A DNA stretch of 64,000 nt from Cyanophora paradoxa CCMP329 (lineage: Eukaryota > Plantae > Glaucophyta), in the NCBI GenBank assembly GCA_004431415.1, contig QPMI01000298.1, positions 1 to 64,000 on the forward strand. Direction: 5' to 3'. Shown piece after piece: positions 1-11,472 of the stretch (within the stretch, counting starts at the first letter, position 1; every line of letters starts with the position of its first letter). Both the position numbers and the translations under genes were made by a program. The notes below the pieces were generated by a model. The model was not told the DNA's origin. It saw only the letters and a list, made by a program, of their open reading frames with translations, and searched no databases.

Positions 1-1935
1 CCGCCGTCAGGCCCCGCGCAGGCCGCGCTGCCGGTGCCGCGGGGCGGGGCGGGGCGGGCCTCGCAGATGGAGTCGTTGGGGGCGGCGACGGCGGGGCGGA
101 GGAGGGCGACGATGCGGGCGATGAAGCGCGTGTCCCGCCCCCGGAAGAACGGCACCTTCTCGATGATGTCCCGGTGCAGGTGCAGCCGGATCTCCTGGCG
201 CAGCGCTGCCCCCCCGCCCCGGGGCCCCGCCACCCGTCGGCCCCCGCGGGGCGGGCGGTCGGGCGGGTGGTGCGGGGCGGGCGGGGCGGACCCGGGGTGA
301 GCTCCTGCATGATCTCGGACTCCTCCTGGAGGCTCTGCGCGTTGAGCGTGAACTGGAAGTACTTCTCCACCCGCTTCTGCATCTCCCCGGGGAGGCGCCG
401 GTGCCGCATGAACGCCTTCACCGCCTCCAGCTTCTTCTGCTTCCGCGCCGCCCCCACGTCCAGGCTCCCGATCACCTGCGCTGCGCCCCGAGCTCGCCCC
501 GCGCCCCGGCCCCGCGCCCGCCCCGCGCCCCGGCCCCGCGCCCCGCCCCCGCTCACTCATGTTGCCGACGATCTGCGGGGCGGGCGGGCCGGCGTCAGGC
601 GCCAACAGGGGGCGGGGCGGGGCGGGGGCGGGCGGACCCAGGCGAAGACGGTGGCGCCGGCGAGCTGCATGAAGACGGTGACGACGCGCTCCGCGTCCGT
701 GCCCGGCGCGATGTCCCCGTACCCCACCGTCGTCAGCGTCGTCGTCACCTGCCCCGCCCCGTCGGGGGGGCTGGCGGGGCGCCCCGGGGCGGGCCGGGCG
801 GCGGCTCGCACCCAATAAATTGTGGAGACGTATTGGGCCGAGGTGGGGGCCTCGTGGAGGCCGAGGCGGACGACCCAGGACTCGGGGGGGAAGTCCTCGG
901 CGCGCACCGTGAAGAACTGGATGCACGCGAACCAGTGCGCGATGAGCGCCAGCCAGAAGACGAACTTGAAGAGCCGCAGCTGCGCCCCGCCCCGCGCCCC
1001 TCGCTGCCGGCGGAGAGGGGCGGGCGGGGGACGGAACGGGGGCCGGCGCACGATGGCCGGGTTGACCTGCAGCTTCTCGTCCACCTTGCGCATCAGCCTG
1101 CGGCAGGTCAGCGCCCCGGGGGCGGCGCGGGGTGCGGGGGCGCCGCGGGGCCGGAGTCACCCGTTTTCGCTAATTCGGCGGATAAACGCGAAGAAGCGGA
1201 AGAGGCGGACGAGGCGGAGGAGGCGGGGCAGGCGGAAGGCCGGGTTGTTGTCCACGATCGCCCTGCGCGGCGCCCGCCCTCAGAGGCCGCCGCAGCGGTG
1301 GCGTGCGGGGTCCGCGGCGCGCTTGAGGATGGTGTCGATGGGGAGGGCGGAGAGGAAGTCGAGGAGGAACCAGGTGCGCAGGTAGCGGCGGGCGATGGCC
1401 CGGGGGTCGGCGACGAGGCTCCCCACCTCGTCGAAGAAGGCGGTGCGGAACATGGCGAGGCAGTCGGCGATGAACATCGCGTCCACGTAGATCTCGAACG
1501 CCGCCCACGCATCCTCCGCCGGCACGTCGTACGCGATCCTGCCCCCGCCCGCCTCGCCGCCTCGCGCGCGCGGCAAGGGCGGCGGGGCGCGCTCACCGGA
1601 AGGGGACGACGGCGACGTTGTAGAGGAGGAGGAACATCATGATCTGAAAAAGCGGAGGCGGGGCGCGCGATCAGGCTTGAAACGAGGTGGAAGCGGAAGG
1701 GGATTCGACACGGCGCCCGCACGATATCCCAGGTAGATTTAAGGCGGTTCGCGGGGTTGAAGATGGGCAGGCCGACGCGCCACCACTCCCGCTTCCGTGT
1801 CCTGCGCCCCCGGGCGTGCAGGAGCCGGTCTATCCTCCCCAGCGTCGAGGTGTCCTTCGCGTCCTCCGGGTGCACGTCGTAGTCTTTCACGTCGGCGCCG
1901 CCGGCGCCGTTGTCGTCTGAGATGTCGCCGCTCGC
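1..1935 (-). CDS. Cyclic-nucleotide-binding-domain voltage-gated cation/K+ channel (KCNH/HCN/CNG-like), multi-exon; 3' end runs off the window, start codon not resolved
   Basis: Spliced translation gives YLRTWFLLDFLSALPIDTI (S3), Arg-repeat S4 LRLPRLLRLVRLFR, LIAHWFAC (S5), pore TTTLTTVGYGDIAP, C-linker AFMRHRRLPGEMQKRVEKYF and IIEKVPFF leading into the CNBD. Confidence 0.9.
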
Positions 1936-3217
1936 TGCCCCAAGCGGCCGTCACGCGGGCGAGGCATCGAGGCACGCAAACCAAACAAAGCCCCGCCGCG
2001 CAGCCGGCACCGCACGGTCGGAAAGTGAGAGCTATGCTTACTAGGCACCGCGGCGGTGAAGCAGCACGAGAGCGCGCCGGTTTGACCCGTGGCCAGCTAA
2101 GCTCGCGAGCTGTTCGGATCTAGATTACGGCGCACCGGGCGGCTGACCGAGGAGGGTCTCTTTTAGCTTGTTGGGTGCCCTATTCTGGCCAGGGAACGCC
2201 GCCTTGAAGCCGGGTTTCTCGGGCTCGCCGGCGGTCGCTTCGCGGCCAGCAGCGGCCGCCCAGGCCGCCATATCGGTCTGGCCTGCTCTAGTTGTACTCT
2301 GGCAGTCACACAGAGTCTAAAGCTTCAGTGTGGTAGCATAGCCGCTCTCTTCGCAAGCTTCACGGGCTTGACGAGCAACTGCTGGGCGGGTACGCTCGGT
2401 CAAAGCGGCGGTATCATAGCTTTCCGTATCTCTCTAGTTTGGCATCATAGCGGCCGCCTGCTGGCTCTCTTCGCGATTTGGCCGGGCAACTTGGGCGGGT
2501 ACGCTCGATCGCTTCGTTCGCGACGCGTACGCTCAGCCTGGCAGTCGAAGCCGAGCCGGCGCCGCGCAACTCTACGTATACGCCGGCGTCTAACGCTTGG
2601 TCGAAGCAGAGTGCCGCGAGCTGTCACGGAGCGCTAGCTCGCACTGCAGCTGCAGCTGCGCATGCGGCGCCGGCAGCCTCGAGCTCGCACTCGCGCATGC
2701 GCGCACGCGTCAATGCTGCGGAAGGATTCGGAGTACTAGTGGCGAATCACTGGAGAATCAGTGGAGATGCATTTGAGTTCGTACTGAAACAGCACGAGAG
2801 GGCTAATGCTGCTGCCACTGCTGCTGCATTTCGTATTGCCAATTGCAACATGGCCAGATCTAGATTGCTAGCTAGCGCTCTCGCCAGGCCCGGATCCGAA
2901 TCCGGCGCGCCATGGCCAACAGCCCGGAACCAGCCGGAGGTTCGCATGCGCGCCCACAGGCGCCAGCACTAAATACGGCACCGGTGACGGCCGCAGCCGG
3001 CATGTCCGCCGCGCGCTAGGACGTACCAACCGCGCGCGGCCGCGCCGCGCGCGGCCGCGCGCGGTTTCACAGAGCCACGCGTACGATTTCCATGGCCAAA
3101 GACGCGCAGAGCTGGCTTGGTCCTGAGGGGCTTAGCATTCAGCGCAAGGCGTTCGCGAGCCAGCGCCATGTGCATGCGCATGCGCACCACTTCGCTTGCG
3201 CTGGTCGGCCCAGGTTA

Positions 3218-3793
3218 TCACAGCAGGACGCCCATGTTGCTTGATGCGAGTTTGCGCTGAACGATGCGCGCGATGAGTACCATTTCGTCCTTCCGCTTCC
3301 GGATAACGGCCTCGTTCTGCGTTTTCGGAATTAGGGGGGCGGCGCGCGCCATACATATGCGCACTTCCTGGCAGGCCTCGATGAAGTCCTTGTCAGTGGA
3401 ATCTGTCTCCATCATGATCCTGTTGCTGTCCTCTGAACAAGAGCGCGCGGAAGGTCAGCTGATACTCTGAAGAAGGATGCGATGGCAATTGCAACCACCA
3501 AGCCGCTCGATCTGCTTCTGGATCGCGGGAACCACCTCGCCCGTCAGCTGCTCGGCACTGAACGATCTGCACGAGATCAGGAATGAATGAATGCCGGCAA
3601 GTACCAAGGCGCGCGAGACAGCAGCTGCGGCCGCGGCGCGCGCGCGAATCACGCACTCGAGCTCCTCCAGCCGGCGCTGCGCGCGCTCCTCCGGAGTCCA
3701 GGTAGCCGCCGGTCTCGCCGGCGTGAAGAAGATGGCGCCGGGAACGATTTCAACCGTGTTCGGGTTCCGCGGCTCGCCTCCCTCAGCGGCCAT
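3218..3793 (-). CDS. Small hypothetical helical protein, 4 exons
   Basis: ATG at 3793; three GT-AG introns join MAAEGGEPRNP...RLEELE/SFSAEQLTGEV...IERL/EDSNRIMMETDSTDKDFIEACQE/NEAVIRKRK...GVLL-TGA (3218). Confidence 0.6.
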
Positions 3794-3991
3794 CTTGGGT
3801 GCTTGCTGCAGCTGGCTGCGGCCCGGCGGATGTTCCGCCGCAATCCGTCCACTCGCGAAACACTCTACCCCTGTGAGCCCTGCTCTGAGGCTGCTCTGCG
3901 CAGGCTGCGCTGCTGAGGCTGCGCAGCTTTCGATGCACGTGTGAAGTTAGCTAGGCATTGAAAGAAAACGGCGCAGGCGTTACGCAGAGCG

Positions 3992-5733
3992 ATGGAGGGC
4001 GGAACGGGCGAGGACGCCGCCGTCCGTGACGTGCAGACGGTCGGGGAGCGCTTCCGGAGGGATCCCGGAGGCGATGAGTACGCGCTGGTGGAGGCTCTTG
4101 CGGAGTGGGCGGCTGCGGAGGGCGTGGCGCGGGAGCAGCTGGCGAGCCTGCGGGTGGGCGCGGAGGGCGGTGTGCGGGGCCTCTTCGCGGCGCGGGACAT
4201 CGAGGAGGGGGAGACGATCCTGGAGATGCCGGCGGGGGCGCTGCTGACCGAGGAGCACGTGCGCGAGTCGCCCCTCGCCCCGCTGCTCACCGAGTTCTGC
4301 GAGCGGGTGCCTCCCCGGCCCCGCCCTCTGCCCGTCCGCCCCGCGCACGCCGAGGGCGTGCGGCAGGAGAGCCAGTACGGGCGGGAGCCGTGCGCGGGGT
4401 CGCCGGCGCTGGCGATGTTCCTGCTGCTCGAGCGGGGGCGGGGCGCGGAGAGCCGCTGGGGCCCCTACATCGCCGCCCTCCCGCGCCGCTTCGAGCTGCC
4501 CCTCTTCTGGGATGAAGCCGACGTCGCCCTCCTCCGCGTACGCCCGCCGCCCCGCCCGCCCGCCCCGCCGCGCCGGGGGCCGGGCGAGGCGGGCGGGGGG
4601 CAGGGGACGAGGGCGGAGCGGGAGGTGCGGCGGGTGCGGGAGTGGGCGGCGAACCTGGAGGGCCCGCTGGCGGCGCGGGCGGGGGAGCTGGCGCCGGAGC
4701 TGCGCGGCGTGGGGGCGGGGGAGGTGCGGTGGGCGCTGGGGGCGGTGTGGAGCCGGGCCTTCGGGTTCGCGGCGGCGGCCCCCCGGCACCTCCACTACCG
4801 CCTCGCCCCCTTCTTCGACCTCATGAACCACGCACCCACGGTCCCCGCCCCCGCGCCCCGCCCCTCCCTCCCGCTGAAATGGCCGGGGCGGGGGCGCGCA
4901 GGGGCGGACGAACACGGTGCGCTCGGAGACGGCGGGGGGCGGCCTGCGCCTCGCCGCCCGCCGCCGCATCGCCGCCGGCGAGCAGGTCTTCAACTGTGCG
5001 CCCCCCGCCCGTCCCCGCTCGGAGGCCCTGCGCCGCGGGGGCGGTGAGCGGCGGGGGGCGCAGGCTACGGCCCCCACCCGACGACGGCGACCCTCGCCAA
5101 CTGGGGGTGCGCGCGCCCCCCGCCCCCCTCCCCTCCCCCCGCGGCGAGGCGGGGCGGGGCGCAGGTTCGTGGTGGAGGGGAACGGGGACGACGCGCTCGA
5201 GGTGGGGCCCCTCGAGCCGCCCCCCGGGGACCCCCCCGCCCTGCAGGCAGCCAAGCGCGCCGCCCTGCGCCGCCTCGGGCCCCTCCGCCTCTACCCCACC
5301 GGCCTCGGCTCCGTCCGCCCCGCCCCGCCCTCCCCGCGCCCCCGCCACCCCTCCGAGCCCCGCCGCAGCGGCTCGCGGCGGCGGCGGCGGTGGCGGCGGC
5401 GGGGACGGCGGAGGAGGCGGAGGCGGCGGGGGCGAGGGGCGGGGCGGGCGGGTGGCGGGGCGGGGGCCGAGTACCTGGCGGCCCTCCTCCTGAGGAAGCT
5501 CGCCGCCGTCAAGGCCGGCCCCCGCAGGCCGCCCCCGGCGGGGGTACCGCGCGGGGGCGGCGCGGGCGGCGCGGGCGTCGGAGGGGCGGCTGCTGGCGGG
5601 GCGCCTGCGGGCGCTGCTGGCGGGGATGGAGGGCCGCGCGGGGGCGGCGGGCGGGGGCGCCGAGGGCGCCGGGGCCGACGTCGTCGCCGACGTGGACCCC
5701 GAGCCGGGCGCCCCCGCGCGGCAGCCCTACTAG
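3992..5733 (+). CDS. SET-domain protein lysine methyltransferase (Rubisco LSMT/SETD3/SETD6-like), multi-exon
   Basis: RGLFAARDIEEGETILEMP, LAMFLLLER..SRWGPYIAALP..LPLFW, WALGAVWSRAF, LAPFFDLMNH, IAAGEQVFN; stop TAG at 5731-5733. Confidence 0.88.
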
Positions 5734-6210
5734 GCTAGGTCGGGGGCTGCCCCTGGCTTTCGGACCCCACACCGCCGAACCCGAGGGGCTGCTCGAGCAC
5801 ACGCCCCATCCGATGATCAAGTGCCGTCGCACCGCGAGGCTCCATGTTCAATTCTCGCTAGTCTCGCTAGCTAAGTTACATAAGGTAGTCTAGTAGTAGA
5901 AACGCACACATACATGTCACTCGTGATAACGAGCGATCACAAAACACACAGAATTCATCATGGCGAGACCGATTCAAACCTGGTTATAAACCCAGGGCAC
6001 AAGTGCACAGATACCTAGACCTGAATGAGAAAGACTGAATGCACTCTAAGAATATGGGCCGAATGCGAATGTGAAGTACCCGAAATCTCAAGCAAAGCAG
6101 GCTCGATGAGCGAAAAAGAGCAGGAAGGGGCGATGGCGATGGTCTGGGAGGCGGGGAGGCGGGGCAGGCGGCGGGGCCGCTGGCATCGGGCGGGGCGGGG
6201 CGGGGCGGGG

Positions 6211-9200
6211 CTAGTCGAACTTGGTCTGAAGGACTTCGGCCCCTGCGCGCCCCCGAGGCCTCAGCACCGCGCGGCAGGGCGGGGCGTGGCGCGCGGACCG
6301 TCCCAGGGCTCGGGGGGCGGGGCCCGGGCGAGGGCGCGGCAGCGGGCCGCCAGGATGCTCGAGGAGCGGTCGGCGAAGGTGCTGCGGGGGGTGAGGTGGG
6401 GCGCGGGGGGCGGGCGGGGGCGGTGGGCGGGGCGGGCCGGTCGCGGGTGCAGGGGGAGGAGTGGAGGGCGGCGGCGGCCTTGGGGACGGCGAGGTCGAAC
6501 TCGCGGGCCGCCTCCTCGAAGCGCCGCGCCAGGTAGAGCTCGAACGCCCCCTCGTAGCTCCCAACGAACGCCTCCTGCTCCGCCGTCGCCCCCGCCCGCG
6601 CCCCCACCAGCTCGTACCTGCCCGCCCCGCCCCGCCCCCGTCAGCGCCGGGGCCGGCAGGGGAGCAGCGGGGCCGGGGGCGGGGGCGGGGGCGGGACGCA
6701 CACGGTGGAGACCTTGGAGCGGCCCTTTAGTATGACGCGGTCGACGAGGCGGAGGAGGAAGCGGGCCCGCACGCCCTCGCCCTCGGCCACCCGCTCTGAG
6801 ACGAGCACCGATGTCCCGTAGCGCTTGTTGAGGGGCTCGAGGCGCGCCGCCGTGTTGACGTGGTCCCCCAGCACCGTGTAGTTCAGCCGCGACGAGGACC
6901 CGAAGTTGCCGATCAGCACGTTCCCCGCTGCCCGCCCCCGCCTCAGCGCATGCCGGGGCGGGGCCGGGCCGGGCCGGGCCGGGGGCGCGCCGTCGACGCC
7001 GATGCGGCACTCGAGCGGGGGCAGGAGGCGCTGGCGCCAGGCGGGGCGCAGCTGGGCGAGGACGGACTGGCAGGCGAGCGCCGCCTCGCAGGCGCGCGCC
7101 TCGTGGTCCGCAAGCGGCTGGATCGGCGTCGAGAAGAACGCCATCTGCCGCCCCCCCGGCCGGGGTCAGGGGGAGGAGGATGGGGCGGGGGCGGGTCAGG
7201 GCGGGGGCGGGTCGGGGCGGGGCGCGCGATGGCGTCGCCGATGTACTTGTCGATGGTGCCGGAGGCGGCGACGATGCGCTGCGAGAGGGCCTCCATCGCC
7301 TCGCTCATCACCTCCACCAGCCGGTTCGGCGCCATCGTCTCCGTCAGTTGCTGCGCCCGGGGCCCCCGCCTCAGCCCCCGCCCCGCGGCGCCGCGGGGCG
7401 GGGGGGCCGGCGCGCCGTGAAGCCCTGGATCTGCGGGGCAAGGGCCGGGGGATCAGCGGGGCGGGAGGCGTCGGAGGGGGGCGGGGGCGTGGGGCGGGGC
7501 GGGCACGTCGGCGAAGAAGATGGTGGCGTTGTGGACGGTGAGGCCCGGCTTCGCCAGCAGCTTGCTCTTGATCAGCTGCCGCACGTAGTCCCCTGTGCGC
7601 CGCGCCCCCTCGCACCTCGCACCTCGCAGCCGGCGGCGGGGCGCGGGGCGGGGGCGGGGGCGGGGGCGGGGCGGGGCGCACCGGGGACGTACTTCTCGAA
7701 GCTGCGGACGCCCTTGGCCATCGCCCGGAACGCGTCGTCCATCTCTGCGCCCCCGCTCGCCCCACGCCGGCCGCCGGCCCCTGCCCGCCCCGCCCCGCGC
7801 GCAGCGCACCGCGGAACTCGGAGATGACGGGCCGCAGGTGGCGGCGGCGGCGCAGGCGGGGACCGCGGGGCCCTGCTCGGGCCCACCGAGCCGCCCCGCC
7901 CCCGCCCCGCCGGCGAGACGCCCCGCTGAGGGCCCGGGGTGAGGCGGGGCGGGGGGACGGGAGGGGGCGGGGCGGGGCGGACAGCTCGGGGTCGGCGGGG
8001 AGGCGGCGTGGTGCCCCTCCTCGTCGCTCTCCTCGTGCCCTGCCCCGCCCCGCCCCTTCAGGCGGGGGCGGGGCCGGGCGAGGGCGGGGGCGCGCCGGAG
8101 GCTGCCGAGGAGGTGCCCCCGTGGCGCATGTTCCGGATCGCCTCCATCTGCGGCCCGAACGGCCGGCCGCGGGGGTCGGGGTCGGGGGCGAGCGGGGGCG
8201 GGGGCGGGGTGCGGGGCGCGGGGGCTGGAGGGGGCCGGCGGGGACCTTGCGGGAGAGGACGCGGAGGGGGTTGACGATGAGGACGGAGATGGCGATCGAG
8301 ACGCCCACGGCGAACAGGCTGATCGCCCCCGTGATGATCCTGCCCGCCCCGCCCCGCCCCCTCGGCGGTTGAAGGGGCGCCTCGAGGGGAGGGGGGCGCA
8401 CCCGGAGTTCTGCGTGGTCTGCCGCACCGAGTCGATCTGGGCGCTCTGGTCCAGCAGCACCACGTAGATCCTGCCCCCAGCGCCCCAGTCGGCGCTCCTC
8501 GCGGCGGCGAGGCGAGAACGAGGGCCTCACCAGTCGACCCCGGCCCGCCGCACCGGGAAGACCTGCGAGGCGGGGGCGTGAGGCGCGGGGGCGGGGCGGC
8601 GGCGGGGGCGGGGGTGGCGGGCCTGGGCGACGTAGACGGCGCCGGCGAGGGTGACGGTGCGGGAGACGGCGCGCTCGACGCGGTTGAGGGGCCCGAGCGC
8701 CGCCTCGAGCTCCCGCGCGGCGCCCCGCACGAGCTCGCTCTCCGAGGTGGCCGGGGAGAGGCGCTGCTCGACGCTGGTGCCGTTGGGGCCGGGGAGCCTG
8801 CCCACCACGCGCCCCGCCGAGCTCCACAGGAGGAACGACTCCTTGGAGCGCTCGAGCACGAAGGCCGCCGCGCTGCTCCCGTGGCTCTCCAGCACCGTCC
8901 TGCCCGCCCCCGCTCGCCCCGCCCCCGCTCCCCCCGCTGCGCCCGGCGGGAGGCGCGCACTTGGCGGAGGCCCCGAAGGCGTCGAGCTGCACGCCCACGC
9001 CGACGACCCCGAGGAAGGCCTCGCTGGGGTCGAAGAGGGGCTGCGAGAAGAAGACCGTGAGGGTCCCGTCGCTCGCGTACGTCGCCGGCGTCCACCCCGC
9101 CCTCCGCCCCGCCGCCGCCGTCGTGTAGAAGAGCCGCCGCTGCACGACCTGCGGCGAGGGGCGGCGGGGCGTCGGGCCAGGCTGCCCGGCCCGGCCGGGA

Positions 9201-10711
9201 CGGGGCGGGGCGGGGCGGGGCGGGGCGGACGTAGTTGGGGAGGCGGGAGAGGACGCGCCCGGAGGGGTTCCCCCCGCGGTCCGCGTTGAAGATGACGAAG
9301 TCGGGCGGGCTCGCCGCGGGGAAGGAGGCGTGGGGCGGCACGTTCGGGTCCGACGAGGAGCCGTTCAGCGTCTGCGCCCCGCAGCCTCGGGCCCCGCCCC
9401 CGCCCCGCCCCGCCCCGCCCTCCGCACCACAAAGTACTGGTATCCGCGCCCGCCCCACAGCGGATTTTGCGTCTCCGGGTTGTCCGGCCGGTACGCCACC
9501 GCCAGGCCTGCGGGGCGCGGCGTGAGGCGAGGGGCGCGGCGGGACGGCCGCACCGCGTGCACCGCTCTCGAAGCCGAGGGTGACGGAGATCTCGTGGGGG
9601 TGCAGGCGCATTGTCTGCCCCCCGCCGCGCGTCGGGCGGCGGGGAAGGGGCCGGGGCGGGGCCGGGGCGGGGCCGGGGGCGGGGCGCACGGCCCACATGA
9701 CGGTCTTGAGGGAGGCGGGGTCTGCGGGGCTAGCCCGCCCGTACGCGAACTCCTCGGCGATGCTGGCGGGCGGGGGCTCGGGGCTCGGGTGGGCGGGGGC
9801 GGCGGGGCGGGGAGCGGGGGCGCACATGCGGGCCGAGTCGACGGGGACGTCGACGAAGTCGTAGCCGCGGAACTCGAGCTGCGAGAGCAGGTCCTTCTTC
9901 ACCACCTCCGTGAGCCGCCCCAGGTTGTCTGCCGCCCCACGCCCCCTCGCTCCGAGGCCCCACGACCCGAGCGGGGGCGGGGGGCGGGGGCGGGGGGCGG
10001 GGCGGGGCGCGCCCTCGGCCATCCTGTAGCCGAGGTACCAGACGAGGACGTTGGAGGTGATGAGCACGGCGAGCACCGGCACCGTCAGCAGCACTGCCCG
10101 CCACCCCTCAGCAGCCGCCGGCCCCGGCGGGTCGGGCGCTGGCGCGGGGGCCGGCCGGGCGCACCGCGGACGCTGAGGAACTTGCGGGCGACGGCGCTGA
10201 AGCGGCGCGGGGCGGCGGAGCGCGGGCTCGACGCCTCCGAGGGCGAACCCGAGCGGGCGCGCTCCGTCTCGTTGATGCTCGTGCGCGCCGCCAGCGTCCG
10301 CATCGTCAGCGGCGAGGCGGGGCCCGGCGAGCCGGACGCCTCAAAGAGCGCGTCGGCGGCGGTGGGGGCAGCGGCGAGCTCGCTCGCCACGCTCTCCGAG
10401 CGCATGGCGTGCCCGAGGGTGCGCGCGGAGCTCGGCGGTGGGGAGACCCGCGGCGGCCCCCGCGCGCTCGGGCTCGACCCCGTGCCCGCCGCCGGGTCCG
10501 GCTCCGCGGGCGTGGACATCCCCTCCAAAATGGACCCGACGCCCGCCGGGTCTGGAGGCGCTGAATCGACTGCGCCGGCCCCGCCAGAGTTCAGAGGTAC
10601 GAGGTAGCGGTGGCGGCGCCCAAGACTCAGCATGGCGCTGCGGCCATCCTCTTTGAGGGCGTCTGGCTTCTCGTCCCCAGCGGCTGCCGCAAGGGGCGCG
10701 TGCGGCGCCAT
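6211..10711 (-). CDS. Membrane adenylate cyclase, class III: two TM helices flanking a Cache-like extracellular sensor, catalytic domain and short C-terminal helical domain; many introns
   Basis: TM1 LLTVPVLAVLITSNVLVWYLGY; sensor motifs LFYTTAAAGRRAGWTPATY..FSQPLFD..FLGVVGVGV; TM2 IITGAISLFAVGVSIAISVLIVNPL; catalytic ATIFFAD/IQGFT, IDKYIGDAI, RIGVD, NYTVLGDHVNTAARLE, VILKGR. Confidence 0.92.
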
Positions 10712-11076
10712 GTTCGCAAGGGCGCCTTGAGCAGGTTATTCCATCGACCTCACGCAGCAAATTCCGTCGTCCGCAGACCTAAGCGCGGTTAGATGACGGG
10801 GAGGAAGCTAAAAGCGGGGCGGGGGGAGCCGGCGCAGCTATTTGCCTTGGGTGCCTTGGGGGAACTAAAAACGCTCGCGCTGCGGGCTGCGCGAATAGCA
10901 CTCTACATCTGGCGCACCGGACCGAATAGCAGGGCGCCGCGAATCGAAGCTCGAATCGAAGACCCCCGCTTGGTTCCCAAATGCGCGCTTCGCAAGCCAG
11001 AATTCAAAGAGCCTACCCCCCCGCTATAAATTTGAGCCCCTACCCCTCCCCATGAGAATGTCAGAACGTGTACGTA

Positions 11077-11185
11077 TGTAGTGCGCCAAATAAAATGGCG
11101 CGCCATCTTATTTTTATGGCGCACGCTTTTGAGCCATCGCAGAAAAAAAGGCGCCGGCCAGCGCAGCCGGAGCTTTGCGTTGGGG
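11077..11185 (+). repeat. Left terminal inverted repeat (109 bp)
   Basis: Reverse complement of 14590-14698; no mismatch seen by eye. Confidence 0.95.
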
Positions 11186-11472
11186 AGTACTGCTAGGCTA
11201 GCTGTCGCGATCGAAATCGCCTATCATTATAGCCTACCGCCGGGCTACCGGTATAGGACCGCACTGGGCGGGAAGCGGTCGGGGAGCCGCGCGCGCGCAC
11301 CGAGCCCGAAGGCGCGGCCCCAGGCACATCAGCAATGAGGTGGTGGGAGCATCCAGATGTCAGAGACCTTCCCAACAAGTTCGAATGCAGGTGTCCACCC
11401 GCAGAGAATCTGTCCGGGCTCTGCGGCAATAACTTCCTGTGCAAGACTCTGTTTCCTAACATTCGCATCGAC

